A stretch of 64,000 bases of DNA from Candidatus Moraniibacteriota bacterium (lineage in GTDB: Bacteria; Patescibacteriota; Minisyncoccia; Moranbacterales; UBA1568): NCBI GenBank assembly GCA_963743885.1, contig CAVURJ010000002.1:305706-369705 (forward strand). The letters are read 5' to 3'. Shown here piece after piece: positions 17,469 to 25,773 of the stretch. The notes beneath the pieces were generated by a model, which saw only the letters and a program-made list of their open reading frames with translations, made no database searches and was not told the DNA's origin. Position 1 is the stretch's first letter. Each line of letters starts with the position of its first letter. Both the position numbers and the translations under genes were made by a program.

Positions 17469-19442
17469 ATGCAGCAGACCTTCTACATCGAATCAGACGA
17501 AGAAATCATCTCGGTTATCGGCCGGCTCCGCAAATCCGGATCCGAGAAGAATTTCTTTGTCTTTCCGAAGCGGGCGCTGGTGCTTCAGAGTATCATTAAT
17601 CTGCGTCTCTTCCAGCGCGAGGCTCAGAAGCTTGGCAAGAAGGTGATCATCGTCACGCAGGACGAGGCGGGCCGAGCGCTCGCTGAGAAGGCTGGCATGG
17701 AGACGGAGCACTATTCTGATGATTTTTCTCGCGATCGCGCCCATGTCGAGCTTGCGGCTGCGCCGGTTGTTCCGGTATCTGTCCCAGTAGCGCCGGCGGT
17801 TGCCGGACCTGAGAAGATCGCTCCTCGTGCTGATATGATTGGTAGTTCCGATTTTCATTCGTCAGCTCAGTCATCGATTCGGCCCGAAGCACCGCAGGTT
17901 GCTATGAATGATGCGCTCGGCCAGAAGCTCCGTATCCGCAATGCCTCGCCGGAACGCCAGCCGGGACTCAATTCGGTCCGGTATGCCGAAGAGGCGGCGG
18001 CGCGTTCCCGCGAATCCCATGAGCAGCCACCGGTCCGATCAATGACGGACATGGCTCCGGCCCAGTCGTACCAGCAGGCACCAGCGCCGCTTCAGGCGCC
18101 TCTGCCTCAGATTTCTGTCGAGCAGTCTGCTCCGTCGGCTGCGCTTCCTCGTGAGGAACGACTCCGCAATTTCTTCGCTGACCGAGGATCATCCCAGGCC
18201 CCGACTGCTCCTCGTCCGCCGCGCCCATCTGCGCCTATCCAGGCCGCCATTGTCCGTCCGCACATCCCGTCCATGGGCCGGCATGCCGGTGCTATCTTCG
18301 CTTTTCTCGGTGTCATTGCGCTTGTTTCCGTGGTAGGTGCCGGCATCTATCTTTTCTTGCCGGAAGCTGCGGTGCATGTGACGCCGCACAGGACTGCCCA
18401 GAGCGCTGATACCCAGTTCTCAGCGGTCGCTGATGGCGGCATGTCTTCGGAGAGTAGTGATACCGTGTCGGGGCGCATCATCGAGAAGGATATCGAGATC
18501 TCCCGCCAGGCCGAGACGACCGGAGCATCCGGCGCTTCAAGTCAGAAGGCGCGCGGTACGGTGGTTATATACAATGCTTATAGCAAGGAAGACCAGCCGC
18601 TCGTCGCGACGACCCGGCTTGAGACATCTGATGGTAAAGTCTATCGGCTGACAAGCGGCGTCGTCGTGCCAGGCATGACCGATATCGGTGGCAAGTCGAC
18701 GCCTGGGGCGATCGAGGCCGAAGTGGTCGCCGACCAATCTGGCGAAGAGTACAATATCAGCGCATCCGAATTCACTATTCCTGGCTTCAAAGGCAGCCCG
18801 AAGTATGCGAAGTTCTCGGCCAAGTCATCCAAGTCGTTCATCGGCGGCGGGAGCGCGGGAGATGGCATGAAGATTGTGTCGAAGGCGGACATTGATAAGG
18901 CGGAAGCCGATGCAAAGGCTGATGCGAAGGCGCGCTTCCTTGAGGAGGCGGTCTCATCGCTGTCGGCTGGTGAGAAGATCATCGAGGAGAGTGTCGATAT
19001 AGCGGTCCAGTCGGTATCGGCGCCTCAGGTCGGTACAGCAGCGTCGTCATTTGATTATCAGGGTACGTTCCGCGTGCGCGCATTCGCCGTGCCGGAAGAG
19101 GAGATCCGCACCAAGGCCGGTGCTGCTGCCGCCAAAGAAGTGGCGGGCATCAAGTTTCATCCGGTATCGGTGACCCTCACGTATGGTGATGTCTCGGCTG
19201 ATTATGACCGGCGCGCTGTCCGTTTCCGGGCGCATGCGCTTATCACGCTCGAATCCGATATCGATGCTGACCGTTTCCGCATGGCGATCCTTGGTAAGGA
19301 CCAGCCTGGCATCGAGCAGGCGATGGTAGTGTTCCCTGGTATCAAGAAGATCAGCATCGATTTCAGCCCGGAATGGTTCGTGACGAGCGTGCCGGACGCC
19401 GAGAATCGGGTCACGGTCATCGTCGGTCCAGGAGAAGAATAG
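17469..19442 (+). CDS. hypothetical bitopic membrane protein (cytoplasmic N-domain, Pro/Ala/Gln-rich linker, TM, ~370-aa extracytoplasmic C-domain), translationally adjacent to ftsA-like gene
   Basis: single strong TM AIFAFLGVIALVSVVGAGIYLFL near residue 280; low-complexity linker; no recognised domain. Confidence 0.6.
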   Translation: MQQTFYIESDEEIISVIGRLRKSGSEKNFFVFPKRALVLQSIINLRLFQREAQKLGKKVIIVTQDEAGRALAEKAGMETEHYSDDFSRDRAHVELAAAPVVPVSVPVAPAVAGPEKIAPRADMIGSSDFHSSAQSSIRPEAPQVAMNDALGQKLRIRNASPERQPGLNSVRYAEEAAARSRESHEQPPVRSMTDMAPAQSYQQAPAPLQAPLPQISVEQSAPSAALPREERLRNFFADRGSSQAPTAPRPPRPSAPIQAAIVRPHIPSMGRHAGAIFAFLGVIALVSVVGAGIYLFLPEAAVHVTPHRTAQSADTQFSAVADGGMSSESSDTVSGRIIEKDIEISRQAETTGASGASSQKARGTVVIYNAYSKEDQPLVATTRLETSDGKVYRLTSGVVVPGMTDIGGKSTPGAIEAEVVADQSGEEYNISASEFTIPGFKGSPKYAKFSAKSSKSFIGGGSAGDGMKIVSKADIDKAEADAKADAKARFLEEAVSSLSAGEKIIEESVDIAVQSVSAPQVGTAASSFDYQGTFRVRAFAVPEEEIRTKAGAAAAKEVAGIKFHPVSVTLTYGDVSADYDRRAVRFRAHALITLESDIDADRFRMAILGKDQPGIEQAMVVFPGIKKISIDFSPEWFVTSVPDAENRVTVIVGPGEE

Positions 19443-19532
19443 CGGACATTCCGCCGGCGGGCGGGGGCCTTTTCGGGCGCCCGGTTTTCTGCTAGTATTG
19501 CTAACTAATGAATTCATAGTAAGTTTCTCCTC

Positions 19533-19612
19533 TGTCATTCTCGCGAAGGCGGGAATCCAGGCTCCGTAAGCAGGCTTTTTCTGGATCCCGGGTCATAAGC
19601 CCGGGATGACAA
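19533..19612. repeat. two copies (one per strand) of short palindromic repeat tgtcatyc-hairpin-gaatc family
   Basis: tgtcattctcgcgaaggcgggaatcc (+) and tgtcatcccgggcttatgacccgggatcc (- strand). Confidence 0.45.
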
Positions 19613-19690
19613 AAGAAAAAATCTTTGTCGGCTTATAAAAAGGCCGAATGAGGGAGCGCTTGTTATAGTTAAACCGTAATAAGGAACCCT

Positions 19691-19957
19691 ATGCAGATGC
19701 TTTCTGAAGAGGACCAGAACCGCCAAACCGCGAGACGGCGATTGGAATCCGAGATGGTGATTCTCCAATCCGATGGCAAGAAGATAGAGCGCCAGACCGA
19801 GGATATCGCGATTGAGATTAAGCGGATTAGTGATAATATCAAGCGCTTGGAGCTCGATATCCAGACCAAGGAAGCGGCTCGCCGCAAGCTTGAGACGGAG
19901 AAGATGTTGAATGACGGCGAGATGGCCCGCCTTAAGAAGCGCATGAACGTGCTATGA
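19691..19957 (+). CDS. hypothetical coiled-coil protein (88 aa)
   Basis: charged heptad-like sequence; ATGA overlap with next ORF. Confidence 0.4.
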   Translation: MQMLSEEDQNRQTARRRLESEMVILQSDGKKIERQTEDIAIEIKRISDNIKRLELDIQTKEAARRKLETEKMLNDGEMARLKKRMNVL

Positions 19958-20181
19958 CCAAGGATACGTTTGTCAGGATCGTGAAGTCGGTCGTCGAGGG
20001 CAAGGGCGTCAAGGTCTATTCTTCGAAGGAATCGAAGCTCGCGGATATCGGTCGGCAGGTCGAACGCCGTGAGATTGATCTTGATGAGGCGGCGGAAAAG
20101 GTGAAAGAAGCCTTTTCGGATGAATACGCGCTCGGCAAGGATGATTTCAAGGCGATCGCGAAGCAGCTCAAGCGGTATTGA
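19954..20181 (+). CDS. hypothetical protein (75 aa)
   Basis: ORF overlapping previous stop by ATGA, 18 nt upstream of alaS. Confidence 0.4.
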   Translation: MTKDTFVRIVKSVVEGKGVKVYSSKESKLADIGRQVERREIDLDEAAEKVKEAFSDEYALGKDDFKAIAKQLKRY

Positions 20182-20199
20182 ACAAGGAATACTCCCGAT

Positions 20200-21978
20200 A
20201 TGATCAAGACAGAAGACATACGCAAGCGGTATTTGGAATTCTTCAAAGAGAAAGGCCATGTTATCGTGCCTTCGGCACCGCTTGTGCCAGAGAATGATCC
20301 GTCGGTCCTTTTCAATACGGCCGGTATGCAGCCATTGGTGCCATACCTCCTCGGTAAGCCGCATCCGGTGGGCAAGCGCCTTGCGGACGCGCAGAAGTGT
20401 GTCCGGACCGGCGATATCGATGACGTGGGCGATGATACGCATCTCACGTTTTTTGAGATGCTTGGCAACTGGTCGCTCGGGGATTATTTCAAAGAGGAGT
20501 CCATCGCGTGGTCGTGGGAATTCCTGACTGACGCCCGGTGGCTCGCGCTTGATCCGAAGATGATCTCGGTGACGGTCTTTGAAGGTGACGCCAACGCGCC
20601 GCGCGACGAGGAATCGGCGGCAATCTGGAAGTCGCTCGGCATGCCGGAAGAGCGGATCGCGTATCTGCCAGCGGAGGACAACTGGTGGGCAGCTGGACCG
20701 ACCGGACCGTGCGGACCGGATACGGAGATTTTCTACTGGGTCGGCGAGGGGGAGCCAGAGGGTAACAAGGGCACGCACTCGAAGCAGTGGATGGAAATCT
20801 GGAACAACGTCTTCATGCAGTACAACCGCATCGATGCGGTGACGCTCGAGAAACTGCCGCAGCCGTGTGTGGATACTGGCATGGGGCTTGAGCGCGCAAC
20901 AGTGACGCTCAATGGTATGAAGAGCGTCTATGAGACTGATGCATTTGCTGATGTTCTTTCGGCAATCCGCGACATCGTCGGGGCTGACCGGTATGACGAG
21001 CGTTCTGGCCGCATCATCGCGGACCATCTGCGCGCCGCGACGCATATCATCTCTGATGGTGTCGTACCAAAGAACGTCGACCAGGGCTATATCCTCCGTC
21101 GTCTCATCCGTCGCGCGATTCGTGAGTTTTATAAGATGGGCTATGAAGAGCCGGCCGTTGCTACGATCGCGAAGCTTTTCATCGGCAAGTTCAAGGATGT
21201 CTATGCACCGGTCGCAGCGAATGAGGAAAAGATCCTCTCTGAGCTTTCACGAGAGGAAGAGAAGTTTGCCCGGACGCTTGCGCAGGGTATCCGTGAGTTC
21301 GATAAGTTGACGAAGGACCTTTCTGGAAAGATCATCGATGGCCGCGCCGCTTTTACGCTGTTCGATACGTATGGTTTCCCGTTTGAAATGACGAAGGAAC
21401 TGGCATCTGAGCGAGAGCTTTCCGTCGATGAGGCTGGTTTTCGTGAGGCGTTCCAGAAACATCAGGATCTCTCGCGTACGGCAAGCGAGGGCAAGTTCAA
21501 AGGCGGGCTGGCTGACCATAGTGCCAAGGTGACGGCGTTCCATACGTCGACGCACCTTATGCTTGCGGGTCTTCGCAAGGAGTTGGGCGACGGCGTGCAC
21601 CAGGCCGGATCCAATATTACTGAAGAGCGCACCCGGTTCGACTTCACGCATTCGGAGAAGGTGCCGCGCGACGTGCTCGATCGTGTCGAAGTCTTCGTCA
21701 ACACTGTTATCGATGCGAAGGCTGCCGTCACGACCGAAGTGATGGACAAAGAAGCGGCTCGGGCAGCTGGCATTGAAGGTAGCTTCTGGGAGAAGTATCC
21801 TGACAAAGTGACGGTCTACCGCGTGATCGGTCCGGACGGCACGGTGTACTCGCAGGAGCTTTGTGGCGGTCCGCACGTGGCGAATACCGAGGAGATCGGC
21901 GCCTTTGGACGATTCAAGATCGGCAAGGAAGAGGCCTCATCCGCCGGCGTCCGCCGTATCAAAGCAACCCTTGGTTGA
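20200..21978 (+). CDS. alaS: alanine--tRNA ligase, short form (catalytic + editing domains, no C-terminal DHHA1-like domain)
   Basis: FNTAGMQPLVPYLLG, WSLGDYFKEE, GPCGPDTEIFY, editing-domain HTSTHLM...H and CGGPHV. Confidence 0.9.
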   Translation: MIKTEDIRKRYLEFFKEKGHVIVPSAPLVPENDPSVLFNTAGMQPLVPYLLGKPHPVGKRLADAQKCVRTGDIDDVGDDTHLTFFEMLGNWSLGDYFKEESIAWSWEFLTDARWLALDPKMISVTVFEGDANAPRDEESAAIWKSLGMPEERIAYLPAEDNWWAAGPTGPCGPDTEIFYWVGEGEPEGNKGTHSKQWMEIWNNVFMQYNRIDAVTLEKLPQPCVDTGMGLERATVTLNGMKSVYETDAFADVLSAIRDIVGADRYDERSGRIIADHLRAATHIISDGVVPKNVDQGYILRRLIRRAIREFYKMGYEEPAVATIAKLFIGKFKDVYAPVAANEEKILSELSREEEKFARTLAQGIREFDKLTKDLSGKIIDGRAAFTLFDTYGFPFEMTKELASERELSVDEAGFREAFQKHQDLSRTASEGKFKGGLADHSAKVTAFHTSTHLMLAGLRKELGDGVHQAGSNITEERTRFDFTHSEKVPRDVLDRVEVFVNTVIDAKAAVTTEVMDKEAARAAGIEGSFWEKYPDKVTVYRVIGPDGTVYSQELCGGPHVANTEEIGAFGRFKIGKEEASSAGVRRIKATLG

Positions 21979-22011
21979 AGAAGACGTATGAGGTAGGAGG
22001 CAAGAAGCATG

Positions 22012-22044
22012 AAAAAACGGGACTGATATCAGCCCCGTTTTTCT
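22012..22044. terminator. bidirectional terminator between convergent alaS and PBP genes
   Basis: aaaaaacggg-actgatatcag-ccccgttttt. Confidence 0.5.
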
Positions 22045-22104
22045 TTTCTTACCTCTTGCTTCTTATTTCGTATCTCTCGTCTCGTGCCTCTTACCTCATA
22101 TCTC

Positions 22105-24237
22105 TTACCTCTGCTGGTATGCCGAGAGGACTTCGGAGAGCGGGATGGCACCACCTTCGCCATAGCTGTCGCTCGGGATGCCTTCGGATGAGAATGTTCC
22201 GGTATCGATCTTGTCTACGCGGCTCTTCTTGAGTTTCTTCGCTTTGTCCTTGGAGATCTCGCGGCCGGTCTTCTTGTCGATATAGATAGTCTTGCCAGAG
22301 AGGGCTTCGCTGGTCGGCTGGGTGATGCCGGTTTCTACAGCGGTCGCTGTCGGCTGGTATGGTGTGAAGCCAGTTTCTGGGAAACGCTTGAGCGCGGCAT
22401 TCATGTAGGCTCGCCAGATGGGAGCGGCGACGAAGATACCGTCGGATCCGGCGCGCATTGGACGGTTGTCATTGTTGCCGACCCAGACGGCTGTGGCGAT
22501 GGACGGCGTATAGCCGACGGTCCAGGCGTCGCGGAAGTTCTGCGTCGTGCCGGTTTTTCCGGCGACCTGGACGCCAGCTGGGAAGGCGAGCGGACTATTC
22601 GGACCGAAGATTGGCGTGCGGGCCGCGTTGTCGGAGAGGATGGAATTGATCTTCCTCGCGATGTCTTCGTTCAGGACGCGCGCTCCCGTATCGGCTGGCA
22701 GTGGATACTCATTGCCGCGGGTGTCCTTGATTTCGTGGAAAGGGCGGATATCGTGGCGGATGCCTTCCTGGCTGAAGACGGAGAAGGCGTTCGCCATCTC
22801 GATCGGACGGACTTCGGCACCTCCGAGCACGAGTGCGAGGCCGTAGCGCGAAGGATCGGTGAGTGTCGTGATGCCGAGCCGGGTCGCGAGCGCGATGGTG
22901 CGGTCGATGCCAGCCAAGGCGAGCGTCTGTACAGCCGGGACGTTGAGCGACATAGAGAGCGCCTGGCGCATCGTGAGGACGCCGTGGAACTTGCCGTCAT
23001 AGTTGTTTGGGATGTAGCTCTTGCCGGTACCGTCGGGGCCGAAGTTGATCGGTCGGTCGACGATGAGTGTTTCTGGCTGGAAGCCTTTCTCGAAGGCAGC
23101 AGCGTAGGCGAACGGCTTGAAGGAGGAGCCCGGCTGACGGACGCTCGTCGCGATGTTCACCTGGCCGTCAATGGTCTTGTCGAAATAATCCTTCGAGCCG
23201 ACCATGGCAAGCACTTCGCCGGTCTTCGGGTCGAGCGAGACGAGGGCGGCATTTTCTGCTCCATGGACGCGGTTCTTCTCAGCGCCTTCGCGAACGACTC
23301 TTTCGGCTGTCTGCTGGAGATCCCAGTCGAGCGATGAGAGGATGCGCAGCCCAGCGGTCTCGAGGCGTTCTTTGCCGTACATCTCCTTGAGCTGGCTTGC
23401 GGCATAGAGGGTGAAGTGTGGAGCGAGGAGTCGGTCTTCGCGCGGGTAGGTTTTCGCGAGCGTGTCGGCTTCGGCTGCTTCGCGGAGCTCGATCGACGAG
23501 ATGAAGCCGAGCTCATACATCTTGCGGAGGATGTCTTTCTGGCGGGTGAGAAGTGCGTCCCGGTCGCCGCCCTGGGGCGAGAGAATCGATGGAGCGTTAG
23601 GGATTGCGGCGAGGAGTGCGCTCTCATCGAGTGAGAGGTCCTTCGCGTGTTTGTGGAAATATGCCTGTGCGGCTGCTTCGATGCCGTAGGCATTCGAGCC
23701 GTAGGGGACGGCATTGAGGTAGAGGTCGAGGATGGTCTCCTTGTCGAGACTGTTGTCGAGTTTGACCGCGAGGAAGGCTTCGCGGATCTTACGGACGAAA
23801 GTGCGTTCACGCGTGAGGAAGAGGCTGCGGGCCAGCTGCTGCGTGATGGTCGAGCCGCCTTGCTTCACGTCGCCTTGCTCGACGTTTACCGCTACGGCAC
23901 GGAGGATGGCCAGAGGGTCGATGCCGCGGTGTGAGTAGAAGTTGGCGTCTTCGCTTGCGACGGTCGCGAGGCGGATGCTCTCTGGCATGGCGGCGCGCGC
24001 TATGACGGTGCGGTTCTCTTCGCCGTAGATATGATAGAGCTCGTGCTCGCCCGTCCGGTCGTAGATGATGGAGGTCTCATGGAAAGGGTAGTCCGCCGCC
24101 GAGGAGACGTCGGGCGTGCCGAAGAAGTAGATCGCTGTGACGCCGATGCCGATGCCGGACGCGATGAGAATCGAGATCCAGATGATCTCGCGGATGAAGA
24201 ATCGTTTGGTCAGTTTGGGAAAGCGGATGTGCAGCAT
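22105..24237 (-). CDS. class A penicillin-binding protein (bifunctional transglycosylase/transpeptidase)
   Basis: N-terminal TM; GT51 motifs EDANFYSHRGID, GGSTITQQLARS, RKIREA; transpeptidase SSFKPF (SxxK), SLN, KTGT. Confidence 0.85.
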   Translation of the reverse strand: MLHIRFPKLTKRFFIREIIWISILIASGIGIGVTAIYFFGTPDVSSAADYPFHETSIIYDRTGEHELYHIYGEENRTVIARAAMPESIRLATVASEDANFYSHRGIDPLAILRAVAVNVEQGDVKQGGSTITQQLARSLFLTRERTFVRKIREAFLAVKLDNSLDKETILDLYLNAVPYGSNAYGIEAAAQAYFHKHAKDLSLDESALLAAIPNAPSILSPQGGDRDALLTRQKDILRKMYELGFISSIELREAAEADTLAKTYPREDRLLAPHFTLYAASQLKEMYGKERLETAGLRILSSLDWDLQQTAERVVREGAEKNRVHGAENAALVSLDPKTGEVLAMVGSKDYFDKTIDGQVNIATSVRQPGSSFKPFAYAAAFEKGFQPETLIVDRPINFGPDGTGKSYIPNNYDGKFHGVLTMRQALSMSLNVPAVQTLALAGIDRTIALATRLGITTLTDPSRYGLALVLGGAEVRPIEMANAFSVFSQEGIRHDIRPFHEIKDTRGNEYPLPADTGARVLNEDIARKINSILSDNAARTPIFGPNSPLAFPAGVQVAGKTGTTQNFRDAWTVGYTPSIATAVWVGNNDNRPMRAGSDGIFVAAPIWRAYMNAALKRFPETGFTPYQPTATAVETGITQPTSEALSGKTIYIDKKTGREISKDKAKKLKKSRVDKIDTGTFSSEGIPSDSYGEGGAIPLSEVLSAYQQR

Positions 24238-24359
24238 AGGGATGATGGAAAGTGTCTTCTTGGTCTGGGCGCCGTTTTGGTGTACTCTAGGGGAGGAGAT
24301 GCCCTCTGTATTGAGGGTGAATCATACTACTGAACCGCCCTTCTGTAAAGTCTCGATAT

Positions 24360-24863
24360 ATGCGCCTCCCAGTCTGGAAGCCTCTCTATCTTCTCATGAA
24401 AACCTGCGGATTCCCAGCTGTCTGGGAGGTATCCGTGGGTGCAGTCGTCTATCGGCAGGAACCGTCCGGTCGCCGCTATCTCCTGCTCCATTATCCGAGC
24501 GGGCATTTTGACTTTGCCAAGGGACATGTGGAGGAAGGGGAGACGGAAGAGATGACGCTTCGCCGCGAGACGGAAGAAGAGGCGGGTATCCGTGACCTCG
24601 AGGTCTCTCCGAAGCGGGTGAGCATCCGCTATTTCTACGTCGCCAAGGGCACCGAGTATGACAAGCGCGTCCGTTCTGGTAAGGGGACGATGATTTTCAA
24701 GCAGGTGCATTTCTATCCAGCTAGGACTGAGGCGCTCGATGTAGAGATATCGCACGAGCATATCGGTTTCGTCTGGCTGCCATACGAGGAAGCCCTCGCC
24801 AAGGTCACCTTCGACAACGCCAAGCGCGTCCTCGAGGAGACGGAGGCGTTTTTGGTGAAGTAA
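24360..24863 (+). CDS. Nudix hydrolase
   Basis: Nudix box GHVEEGETEEMTLRRETEEEAGI. Confidence 0.8.
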   Translation: MRLPVWKPLYLLMKTCGFPAVWEVSVGAVVYRQEPSGRRYLLLHYPSGHFDFAKGHVEEGETEEMTLRRETEEEAGIRDLEVSPKRVSIRYFYVAKGTEYDKRVRSGKGTMIFKQVHFYPARTEALDVEISHEHIGFVWLPYEEALAKVTFDNAKRVLEETEAFLVK

Positions 24864-24883
24864 CTTACTCTTTTTTGTAGTAT

Positions 24884-25077
24884 AAAATCCCGCCCCCGCA
24901 GCCGCTGTTTTCGGATCATCCGGCAAACTCGCGAGGCTTTTCTGTCAGAGCGAAACATTTCCCTCCCTCTTTACGACCAGGGCCTGCCTGCTGGTAGGCA
25001 GGGAAATGTTTCGGACAGAAAAGCTCTCTCAAACAATGCCGGATGACCGAGAAACACGTCTGCGGGGGCGGGATTTT
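24884..25077. repeat. 194-bp long imperfect palindrome (arms ~90 bp, termini aaaatcccgcccccgcag / ctgcgggggcgggatttt) with internal sub-hairpins; MITE-like or cruciform element
   Basis: left arm and reverse complement of right arm align over ~85 nt with few mismatches; central hairpin cctgcc-tgctggta-ggcagg. Confidence 0.6.
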
Positions 25078-25246
25078 CAAGTTTTAAAAATGTTACCTGA
25101 AATGACGGCCGTCGGCTCGCGTTACATTTTACTTTTGTGATTTTTTGGGGAAATGAAAACCGCCCGGGATACATTCGCGGTGTTGCGCGAGGTATCCTTG
25201 AGGGCGGTAGTGCGGCCGGTCAGTTGCCGGCGATCGGAGAAGCGGG

Positions 25247-25483
25247 TCAGGTCCACAGGACCTTGATGCCGATGGCCATGACCATGAGCCCGATTGAACA
25301 AAGGTAGGTCGAGGCCATGTTGCTAAGTGAGAGGGCTATGCTCATATCGGATTCTTTATGGAGACTTTTGAATGTTTCTTTGTTGGTGATCTGGTCAACA
25401 AAGATGGCGGCTATGAAGATGATGATTCCTGTCGCCATCAGGCTGTTTGATAGCCATAACAATATCAACATGGTGAGAGACAT
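25247..25483 (-). CDS. hypothetical small membrane protein (78 aa, 2 TM) in AT-rich segment
   Basis: two hydrophobic helices; weak coding evidence. Confidence 0.3.
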   Translation of the reverse strand: MSLTMLILLWLSNSLMATGIIIFIAAIFVDQITNKETFKSLHKESDMSIALSLSNMASTYLCSIGLMVMAIGIKVLWT

Positions 25484-25773
25484 GGCAAGATTCCTTCTCG
25501 GTTGAGTTGTTCGTGAACTACATCCAGAATAATTCTGAACCGTTCATTATACACCTTATTTTCTGTTTTGTCAATTGTAATGTACATATTTTGGCTCAAG
25601 AAAGGGGAGTATCAGCTATCATTCATACTGGATCCATAGACACCCTTTACAAAATTCATTTTTCGTATCATAATTGCTTTTCAGTGAGCCGTGTCTGATA
25701 GCGATTCTATCGGTCTGGCAGCACCCTGATCCCGTCTTCCCAGTTACGAGTTACTGATTACAAATTACCGAGC

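Noticed and set aside
19669-21045. 458-aa minus-strand ORF
   Set aside because: Antisense to alaS. No motifs. Composition artefact.
24713-25174. ORFs 24713-24958 and 24971-25174 (minus strand)
   Set aside because: Both lie within the 194-bp palindrome region. Their mirrored amino-acid sequences are a by-product of the inverted repeat.
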